Of a stretch of DNA of 64,000 bases, positions 51,510 through 64,000 are shown piece after piece (positions within the stretch are counted from its first letter, which is position 1; the number at the start of each line of letters is the position of its first letter). This stretch comes from the human T2T-CHM13v2.0 reference genome, Homo sapiens. The stretch is taken from the NCBI RefSeq assembly GCF_009914755.1, contig NC_060927.1, one strand, 5' to 3'. The notes under the pieces are model-generated. The model searched no databases and was not told the DNA's origin. It worked only from the letters and a program-made list of their open reading frames with translations. The translations under genes and the position numbers were made by a program.

Positions 51510-51946
51510 TGTAATTAATGACTTTATTTGTCCAGTTATAACATAGATCTGCACATTTCAGCAACTAAATACAATAAAGATTTATTTCTCACTAATGTCA
51601 TCATCCAGTGCAGGCACGTAGGAAGGCTGTGCTCCATACAACTATTCAGAGACCCAAACTGCTTCCCAGTAGAGGTTCTGAGGTTTTCTAGGTCCTCAGA
51701 GTTCTGTATTGAACCCTCTGCATTCAGTCAGCAATAGAGAGAAGAGAGAGCCTGAAAAATTCTGTAGGCGATTTGGGGGACTAGGCCTGGAAGTGGCAGA
51801 CATCACATCACCCACGTTCTACAGGCCAGAGCTCGGTCTTATGCCCCCAGCTAGATGCAGAAGAAGTTGGGAAATACTGTTTGGCTGTGTAAGTGAAAAA
51901 AAAAGAAAATGATATTTGATGAGAATATAGTAATGTCTCTGCCACA
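51510..51946 (-). mobile_element. Old MaLR LTR (MLT1J/K/L-like)
   Basis: aggcctggaagtggcagacatcac...tgggaaata...gtctctgccaca. Confidence 0.75.
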
Positions 51947-51992
51947 TTTCCTCTAGTGATGATTTCTCCCAAGAAAACTGTTCCAAATTGTC

Positions 51993-52317
<325 letters not shown>

Positions 52318-53477
52318 CAAAAGTGTCTTGAGTAATAGCGTCATCTGAATAAGTTGTGAGCCACATACTATGACTGTCTGGAAGGAAAAGTGCCACTTGG
52401 AAATATATTCTGGTTGATTTCTTATATGATCGTACATTTTATCCATATTGCACACATGGCTTCATTCAGATGAATGAAGCAAAACAGCTGTATCCTCTTT
52501 GATCTCTTAGTCATCTTTTAGAGGTTTTTCTGACAACAAAAAGGGGGGCAGGTCTCAGAATGGGAGTGGAGGCCACACAGCCAAGCTGCCAGAGTTAGGG
52601 AGAAGAAGGCATTGGGATAACTTAAAATGTCATTTCCTAATGTGAGGAGGCCAAACTTCAGTATTCAAATGAGGTTAAACTTTTATTTTTCTTCTAGGTA
52701 CTAACACCCCAAACACCCACAAAGAGAATAAGGGAGATAATTCAGACACATCTTTATTTTGGGGGAAGAGAAAACTACCCATTCTTTCTCCTCCCAACTC
52801 TCTTGAAAACCACAGGCTAATTAAGACAGCAAAGGAAATTCTTAAGTACAAAACGTTTAAAAAACAAAACACTGAGATTTGATATTTTTGTTTCAGCTTC
52901 TCTCTATAAACTCACACACTGGTGCAAGAACACTGTCATTCTTTCCTGTAACTGTTTAACTGTCTCCATCATATCTATTTGAAATAGATGAAATAGCTCT
53001 ATCATATATTATCTCTAGGCTCTGGTAATTTTCAGGACAGCTCTAAGGCTGCAGATAAATAAATGACCTTACATAATTTCCACATGGCAAAGTGGAGAAA
53101 GCGAAATAGCCAAATGAACATTTTAACATTTTAAAGACTTTTCTAGGAAATGTTGCACTTTCCCAATAAAATTACTGCACTCTTGCCTTACCTCTTGACA
53201 TTACTTTGACCCCTGGCTTCTTCTAGAACCCACGTCTTTTATAGAACTGACATCATGTGGCTTTGTCCCTGCTGCAGCATTGCAGGGAGTTTTCATAGCC
53301 AGCAGTGAGCATCTTCAAGTTTCTCTCACTACCCAACACCACACATTGGATTTTCCACTATGTGTGAAAAACAACAACAACAAAAAACCTGGCTACTGAA
53401 TCCAGGAGAAATAATTGGTCAGTATTTGTGGCTCATGCTCTTGATTAGGTCCTCTAAGGAGGCTCAGCATGGGTTGA

Positions 53478-54293
<816 letters not shown>

Positions 54294-54396
54294 TTGCTGG
54301 CTCTGTTTCACAGAGGCCTAACTCCATGTCCTTTTAATGTTAATGTAGAATTGTAAATTAACGATACTTCTGCTTCTCCATACTTTCATCATGGTC

Positions 54397-54477
54397 TCCA
54401 CTGGCTCACAAATGTAAAACACTCAAGATTCTCTTCCACTGGCTCACAAATGTAAAACACTCATCATTCTCTTCCAC
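54397..54477 (+). repeat. 38-bp tandem duplication (2.1 copies)
   Basis: tccactggctcacaaatgtaaaacactca..attctct at 54397 and 54435; 2 mismatches. Confidence 0.97.
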
Positions 54478-54940
54478 CATTTTGCCTTCCCACTTTTCTT
54501 AGTACATATTCTTGTGCATATCTCTTTGCAGAGCTAGTTTTGTGTGTGTATCTTACTCACTTCTTTTTTCCAAAATGTTGAATATATTTTAAATAACAGA
54601 TGCAAGTTTACAACAAAATGTCTTCTAGATATTCCCTGAAGATGAATAGGGGAAGGGGCCCATGGAATGTATGCATGGTGAGGACCACGACCTAACCCTG
54701 GCAGAGCCCCCTGGATTATGAGAGCCTTCCAGGGAAAGAGGCTGCATGGTACCCATAGAAAGGCTAGACCCTGTGCCCAGGGTACAGAGACCAAGACAGA
54801 CAGACACACAAGACAATCTGGCCTCACACCTTGGGCATGTATCAGCAGAACCTGTGTGGACTGAGGCCTGAGATCCCAACCCCAGGAATGGGTGTGTGGG
54901 TTGGTTTGTGTATGTATATATGTGCCTATTTCTTTTTTAA

Positions 54941-55906
<966 letters not shown>

Positions 55907-56055
55907 TTGCAAAACCTTGAGAGAGGGAGAAAACCCTAATAGTGGGCTGAATGTCCTATTATGTGTCAGGATAAGGATTTAGAGTCCAGTCAAATCTGGA
56001 TTAAATAAAATACAGAAACTAGACATTTCTTCCACACCTGAAAAATAATTATTTG

Positions 56056-56340
56056 TGGTGTGGTGGCTCACGCCTATGATCCCGGCACTTCAGGAGGCTG
56101 AGGTGAGCAGATTGCTTGAGTCTAGGAGTTTGAGACCAGCCTGGGCAACATAGGGAAACCCTGTCTCTACAAAAAAAATAAAAAATTAGTTGGGCATGGT
56201 GGTGATTTCCTGTAGTTCCAGCTACTCAGGAGGCTGAGGCAGGAGGATTGCTTGAGCCTGGGAGGGCAAGGCTACAGTGAGCCAAGATCATGCCACTGCA
56301 CACCAGCCTGAGCAGAATAAGACCCTATCTCAAAATATAT
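56056..56340 (+). mobile_element. AluJ
   Basis: ttgcttgagtctaggagtttgagaccagcctgggcaacatag. Confidence 0.93.
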
Positions 56341-56393
56341 ATATATTTGTTTATTTGGTCTTGCCTTCCTTATGTAATATCATAATTCTAATG

Positions 56394-56612
56394 TAGTGCT
56401 TTCTAACATTTTTCCACATCAAGGAACACACAGAAATTAATAATATTTGCATGGCCCTTGGTGGTCAATAAAGAGTCTGCTAAGGGATGGACTCATTGAG
56501 TCAAGGACCCCGTTCCCTCACTCTCAGGCCCCACCAAGCCACTAGACGCTGGGGAGACCAAAGTCACAGGCATACTTCTAATCCATATTCTGGAACACCA
56601 ATTAGAAAACTC
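56394..56612. mobile_element. Charlie15-like hAT MITE
   Basis: tagtgctttctaacatttttccacatc...cacagaaattaataatatttg start; acaccaattagaaaactct end. Confidence 0.5.
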
Positions 56613-59600
56613 TATTCCACTAAATTCAGTTGTGATGTTTCTTTTGACCTTAGGAGGTAAAGGTAGTGGGGAATGAAAAGAGCATGGAATAGGAGAAGAC
56701 CTGAGTATGGTAACTTTCCTGGCCATAGGTCTTGTTCTCAAAGGAACTAACTGCGTCTCACACAGTATGCAAAATGGGTACTGATTCCTCTCCAAAGAGC
56801 TTGGTATGGTGGACAAAGAACAGACTACAAGGAGTGCAGACAGAGGTGTAGGTCAGGGTTGTGTGGTGACATTCCCAGACTGGCTGCCTGGCTTGATAAA
56901 AAAAATGCAGCTCCCAGAAGCATGAGGATACAGTCTGGCCACTGGGGAGAAGGTAGCTGGAAAGAACTAGTTATTATATCTTTGACCTCAGCCAGAAGGT
57001 AGTAGGGGTGGGTGTTGGAGGATGGTCAAGTGATCTCACCCGAGAAACTGATGAGAATGGGTCCAAATATCACCCATAGCCCACTGGATATTGAGCAGCA
57101 AGACTATTAGAGATCCTGATTGCCATTATAGGAAGGTCCTAAGGTGTCCTTAACCTGCTTCATATAGGTGGGAAGGCCAGCGTTAATGCTGAGCAAGCAT
57201 GGGCAACCCATGTGTGCAGTGACCTGACATTCTGTGGCCACTCTGACAGTCCTGACCTACTATGGAACCATGTGACCATCTCATTTATTTGACCACAAAT
57301 AACTCAAATGTACCTTGAAAATTCTTGCTTTTTTGTTGTCTTGACTTTTAAATTCAAGTGAATGAACTTGTTAAAAATACATTTATGGCTAGACTTGATT
57401 TTCTAGAATAGATATACCCCTTCAAATTATAGGTATGTTGTAATATTTAAATATTAAATACTTATTTAAATCTGCTACTTTGGGGACCCTATTATGGTTT
57501 CAATTATGTGAATTTTTCTTTTATAAAATGAATAAATGTTCCATAAACTTATTTTCAAATAGAAATGGGTACGCATACATGCTGAGTTTGACTATAGCAA
57601 GTATGCTGTGTCTGTTTTTAACTCTCTATCTTAAATTATAAACTACAAGAGTTCAGGAATCTCAGCTGTGTCTCTGTCTTGCTCTTTTCAGCACTGTGTC
57701 ATTCATGAATGAACACTTCCTAATCCCACTCAGTAACATATCAGGCTTAATCTCAACGTGCAGGTCGACCTTCAGCCATGGTCTGTGATCACAGTCAACT
57801 CAAGATTGGGCACCTTACTCTTCTAAAAGGGGCAGTTAAGTACTGAGTTAGTATGGTCCTTCTGGGATCTAAGGCCTAGAGAGATAATTTGGGAGTTTTT
57901 TTTAAGAAAGAAGAAAGAAAAAAAATACAAACCAGTTTCAATGGTTAAAGACACCGGCCTCACAATGTCTAGAATGCCGTTCTTGACACTAAAGCCAAAC
58001 TCAGAAGCACAGTTGTAGCTACTGTGACTCTTTTTGTCTCTGTTTCTATCAGTACATTGCTTCTCTGCTCTCTCTCATGTCTCTTGTTTACACGTGGTTT
58101 CTGTAGTCTCATGGCTTCTGCCACCTTGCTTTTCTGTATACATTTCCATTTCTATGCCAGTCTTCTCTCTCTGTCTTTCTTGGTGTCTTAGGCATTCAAA
58201 ACCAATCAGCAGTAAGACTCTGATAGGATAGATGGGTCAACATCCAATGTGGAGACTCCCACTGGGCACACTACTGCTTCCAAGCTCTCTCACAGGCATC
58301 TGCCAGCCTGTAGATCCTGTAGATAGCTGAATTTCCCTTGAGAACCAAATCCTAGGCCAGTCATTCGCTTGGCTTGGGAGGATTCCATAATATGTAGCAT
58401 GGAAACTGTTGTACAAGGAGTTGCCTACCACCGCTTTTCTCAAAAACAAGCAATGGTCCAAGCAGACCTTTAGTCCAATACATTTATACCTTACGTTTGG
58501 GAATATACATGAAAAGACCTTAGGTGAAGCCTGACTTCAGCATGTGTGTGCATTGCTAGCAGATGTAACAACTTTGGGTTGAGCATTGACTCCCTAAAAA
58601 CCCCTATTTACATTACTACTCTCATAGTTTATAGAAGTAAAATCTCAGTGTTTTATACATTGTAATATATGTGCATTTCTGCCTATTATTTTTTCTGAAA
58701 GTCATATTTGAACTCTGTTTCTTTAGCAGATGGAATCTTACATATTTCTTTTTAAAATGGCCTAAAAAGAAATACAGGGACATTCTTTCTAAGCTTCTTA
58801 AAAAAAATTTTACTGTATCAAATGACCCCTCCTGATGCAGAGGAAGCTATTTAGATTTCATCCTCCCTCACTCGGTGGTCTAAGACTCCTTTGACTGCAT
58901 TATTTCCTCTAAATTACTCTCTTCCATCTCCTTTATTCCCAAATTAAAAGGAGGTAAGAAATGCCTCTTTTTGGCCAAATTCAAGTTTTTCCATTACGGC
59001 TTCTCTTTAAGTTGAGAGTAATTTTATCAGCAATATTTATGATAAGGATGCTGAATATACGAGAGGTTGCAAAACCACCAGGCATGCAAAACTGACTTCT
59101 TTACATCCATGTTTCTTTTCTATCAAGAACAGCAGCAAAAGCAACTGACAGGATTTGTGCTGAGCCTGGTATTTTTGCTGAAAACAGGTACTTGGCTGGA
59201 TGCATCTGAGAAATTTGAAGTGGCATTACCTGGAACCAATCTCTTAAATAGGGAGGCTTGAGCTAAAATACATTGGGAAAAAAATGGCAATATATATGTA
59301 GTGTCTGTCAAAGCAAAGATTTCCCCACACCAAGTTCTAAATCAGCCAAAGAAGTACAAAAGAATTTGTTGTACTCTATCACAAGACATTGAAAAAATCT
59401 CTCTTTTTCACTTATTTCTGTTTTTTATGTTAGCCACATCAGCCACATTGTGAGTAAATTGCAGCCAGAGGAAATGGATACGTTTTCTCCAAAAATCTTG
59501 TCTGTTTTGTTGCTTGGATCACTCTTGAAGGAAGCACAGTGTAAAACTAACACTTCTCACCACTTCAAAGTGTTTAACTCCTGTGTCTCAAGGCCAACTC

Positions 59601-61015
59601 TAATAAGGGTCCTGTCTCCAAGCTAGGGTCTTCAAGAAATCACATATCAAGTCATCAATGCATTAAGTGGCATTTCACATTATCCACTACATTTGCAGAT
59701 GTGTGTCTAAGGCAAGCCAAATCCCATCTATATTTTATTTATTATTTGTAGAAGACATTTGACACATCCCCATGGCATGTCCATAATGGCAGGTCAAATC
59801 TCAGTTTTTTATTGTTCAATTTCAGATTGGTGCTGTTACTGCCTTTCTCTTGCCACAAGGGAATGCCAATTTAGATATTGATTTAATCTTGTCTCATCTG
59901 TGGTCTTGAGTGAACCGTTTCCTCATAGTTAAAATATTATTTAACTCCCTCTTCAGAGAAGACATGTAGAGCTGAAAAGGTTAAGGAATCATCCAGTGTA
60001 GGTTTCCCAAACTTATTTGACCACAGAGCTCTAGTTTTTAAACTTAATGAACATCCAGTGAAATATAATGGATTAAAAGACGTGCACTTTTTCCTGTTCT
60101 CAAATCTTCACTAAAATGACAGGAGATGTAAAAAGTATAAATCATCAAAGATAACAAGAATATGAGTGATGCTAATCACTGACAAGAAATGGCACCAACT
60201 TTTTTGGAAGATGGAGAGCAAATGTGCAGTGTCAAATAAATGAACAAAGTACTGAAAGCAGATTGCTAGGTGTCTAAAGAAGAAGATGAAAAGGGGATGC
60301 AAGGAGATACTAGCAGTGGAATCTTGGCCAGTCCCAGAGAGCAGAGGCACCAGCTATCCTGAAACAAGGAAGTGATGATGGAAAGGAAAATTGGTTGTTG
60401 TTGTAAGTAAGCAGAAGATAAATTCACTCCTCTACCAATTTTATCTTGATTATTGTAACCCATCCCTGGTAAGAAAGGTAAATCTACTCTTTGAAGAAAC
60501 TAAATCAGAGGGGTTACTGAGTTCTAGACACCAAGCATCAATATACCATAGGGTGGTAGTGGTGGACTGAAAACTGGAGGAAGATGTGAAAGGCCACATA
60601 TTTCATAGTAAGTCCACCAGCAGCCCCAGCCTTATTCCTCCATTCGAATACTAGAGTCTTTCATAAGGTTTTTTTCTTTCCACCCTACCCTGGGCAGATG
60701 CTTACAGGATTGCTCAATGGAGTTATCCAAGAGTCCCAAATAAAAAGCCCATTAATCTGACATTTGGGGAGTCCCACAATGAAATAAATGTAACAGTTAT
60801 ATAACTTTTTATGAAATTCACTCATTTGACAAGGTTCAGCCATGGAAACAATTTGCAATAAACTTCCTCTTTTTAATATGAATGGACAGACTAGAGAATT
60901 TGGCAGACAATACAAATGAGAAATACATCTAATGTTAATGGAAATAAAACAGAAAAAGTAAAGAGAAAGAGTCTATAATATAGTAAGCAGAATAAAACAC
61001 TGAAAAGGACATTTC

Positions 61016-61333
61016 TCTTTTTTTTGTCTTTTTCTTTTTCTTTTTTGAGATGGAGTGTTGCTCTGTTGCGCAGGCTGGAATGCAGTGGCACAATTTTGGC
61101 TCGCTGCAACCTCCGCCTCCCAGGTTCAAGCAATTGATTCTCCTGCCTCAGCCTCCCAAGTAGCTGGGATTACAGGCAGGTGCCACCATGCCCGGCTAAT
61201 TTTTTACATTTTTAGTAGAGACAGGGTTTCACCATACTGGCCAGGCTAGTCTCAAACTCCTGATCTCAAGTAATCCACCCACCTCAGCCTCCCAAAGTGC
61301 TGGGTTTACAGGCATAAGAAATCACACCCCACC
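61016..61333 (-). mobile_element. AluS (Sx/Sz-like), full length
   Basis: Both arms with T-rich tail. Confidence 0.95.
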
Positions 61334-62513
61334 TAGAACTATTCTTAATATCCTAAAAAATATCAGAAAATACGTGGCAGTCATGACAAAGAACAATGTA
61401 TAAATAAGAAAAGACAAGAAAAACTTTTAGATGTTAAAAATATGTTACCATAAATGTAAAAATCAATAGAATAATTGGAAGTTAAAGGTGAGGATATCTT
61501 CCAGAAAAGAGAACGAATGGATGAAGAAGCGGAAATGGAGAGAAAATAGAGACAATCAATTCTGAAGGTCTACCATCTAAATAAGATTTCCAAATGGAGA
61601 CAACAAAACAGAAGTTAAGGAAGATATTATCAAAGGAAGCATAAAATAAAATTTTTCCTAACAGGACTTGAGTTAGCAGATTGAATGCATTTACTAAGTG
61701 CATAACACAATGAAGCAGGGAAAGGGATCCTTGAGATTAAAGAGAAGAGTACAAGAAATGGAAGAATTTCACACACACAGGATCAGAAATCTGAATAATA
61801 TTGGACTTTTCTAAAGCAATGTAAAAAGCTTGGGGAAATGGCACAACATACTTAAAACTCTGTTTAAAAAAATGACTTCTAATCCACAATTTTATACCTA
61901 GCCAAACTGTTAAACATATGTGAAGTGCAACACAAAAATATTGTAATTCATGCAGAGTCTCAAAAAATTTACCTCCCACATAACATCCTTCAGAAAACTC
62001 TTAGGAAAAAAGCTACCCAACTGAAAAAAGCCAGTAAAGAAAGACATGAGTTTCAGGAAATGGGGATTCCGAAAAAAGAGAGAAGCAATAATAGAAAGTC
62101 CTAGTCTGACATCAGTGCATGTGGCTAGGAAAGAAGCCAATCAGCCCTGGAGCAGGAGGAATGTCTCCAACTGTGGAATTCATTTATCACATGACATGCC
62201 AGACAAAATTGCTGGAGACTTAGCAAAGAATTATTCACGGATATAAAGAAGACTAATCAAATTATGTAAATAAAGCTGTTAACTCCAGGAAAGAAACAAT
62301 TTTATAAGAAAACTATAAATGCAGTATATCACGTAACTCAACTGTAACAATATTTATCTGGTCATAATATAAACATAATGTAAATGATTTTTATTTTTAA
62401 AATTGTGATAAAATTATGTTGGGAGTAAGGAGAAAGAGGTTTCTATGTGTGGGCAATAGTTTAAGAGAGTTATATCATATTTATAGTAGGAACCAATAGA
62501 TAAAAAAAATTTT

Positions 62514-62828
<315 letters not shown>

Positions 62829-62901
62829 TTGAAGTACTTGCTTCTGAGGGGAACTCAAGAATGAGAAGGATAGAGAGCTGTTATTCTTTATCAGTCTCAA
62901 G

Positions 62902-63135
62902 CAGGGGTCAGCAAACCACGGCCCATGGGTCAAATTCATCAGGCTGTCTGTCTTTACAAATAGTGCTTTATTGGAATACAGCCACACCAAATCATTTATG
63001 GATTCTCTGTGGCTGCTTTTGTGCCAAATTAGTTGCTACAACAAGAGAGTTTAGCAGTAGTGACAGAGACTGTATGAACCACAGTCTCAAATATTCACTT
63101 TCTGGCTCTTTACAGAAGAAATTTGCCAACCTCAC
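62902..63135. mobile_element. MER58A
   Basis: caggggtcagcaaac...ctttacagaagaaatttgccaacctc. Confidence 0.9.
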
Positions 63136-63143
63136 GTCTAGAA

Positions 63144-63333
63144 CTGTGGCTCTCAAATGTTAGCTGCATCGGAGTCCTCTGGAGGGCTTGTTAGAATGCA
63201 TGTGAGGGGAGGCTCTTTCCAGAGTTTCTGATTCAGTAGGTCTCTCCGGTGGGGCCTGGAGAATTTGCATTTTTAACCAGTTTGCTGGTGATGCTGATGT
63301 TGCCAGCTGAGGGACCCACTTTGAGAATCACTG
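63144..63333. mobile_element. MER5A
   Basis: ctgtggctctcaaa...ctgattcagtaggtct...cactttgagaatcactg. Confidence 0.9.
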
Positions 63334-63904
63334 ATCTAAAGAAACTATTTGACTTTTAAAAATCGTGTTGTAAGTATTATGTTTATAAAATAAATTTGAA
63401 TTGTCGAGAAGTATAAGGTTGGAAGCTTACATGCAAATTTGAGCTAAACTTAATACAAAAATGACCTCTGGTGAATGAAATGCAACAGAAAATCATTCAA
63501 ATGTTATTTTAAAAATGTTTTCATAGAACAAAAATAATTGTGGAATTGATTTCCACAATTATATACATACAGAGAAAAATTATATACATATGTGTGGAGA
63601 AAAATAGAAAAATAAATTATTTTGTTAATAAGATATCGTAGATACAGGCATAAATATTAAGATTTGTAAAGATTACCAAGACCCTACCACTAAATGTGCA
63701 TGTGTGATTCAAGTGGTTGACCAATCATGCTACCTCCTGTCTGGCGTTTTGTTTATCAAAGGCAGATTATTGCATAACAATATCAACTATACCGACAATT
63801 ATTATTTTAATCTTTTTTTTTTCATTTAGTATGTTCTTGTAAAACACTTATTTTCTGGAAAATGCAGTTTGAGAAACTTGACATAAAGCCTACTTCTCTT
63901 CACT

Positions 63905-63990
63905 TGACCCCTTTTACAGATTCTGAAACTGATACCCAGAGAATCTCTTGGCTGGTAGATCCAAGACCTTCTAACCCAGTCCCTACTTCC
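63905..63990 (-). mobile_element. MIR core fragment
   Basis: ttttacagattctgaaactgatacccagaga. Confidence 0.55.
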
Positions 63991-64000
63991 TTCCTGTCTT

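Noticed and set aside
63480-63880. Possible hAT element ending gcagtttgagaaacttg
   Set aside because: Too degenerate to assign a family or boundaries by eye

Overview
Primate (most likely human) AT-rich, CpG-poor intronic or intergenic DNA. I find no protein-coding exon I can recognise, no RNA gene, no CpG island and no CRISPR-type structure. I could not identify the locus. The window is largely transposon fossils: 17 Alu copies or fragments, MIRs, L2 and old L1 pieces, an apparently end-to-end HAL1, a near-full-length dead Tigger1, a MER44/Tigger7 element, a Kanga/Tc2 remnant, many hAT-Charlie MITEs, and MaLR/ERVL LTRs. Family and subfamily calls come from remembered consensus sequences, not a RepeatMasker run, and the edges of old elements are approximate. 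The ORF track is mostly explained by these repeats or by chance. The best non-repeat signals are: (1) a cryptic ~1.5-kb-period tandem duplication at about 6.3-9.3 kb, with one 97%-identical palindrome-rich block and one 81%-identical block; (2) a tight CArG + CCAAT + GC-box cluster at 44.5 kb inside a ~3.5-kb stretch with no recognisable TE; (3) several well-formed, mostly non-coding exon candidates, notably a minus-strand series that could be a spliced lncRNA. None of this demonstrates a new biological system; these are testable leads.
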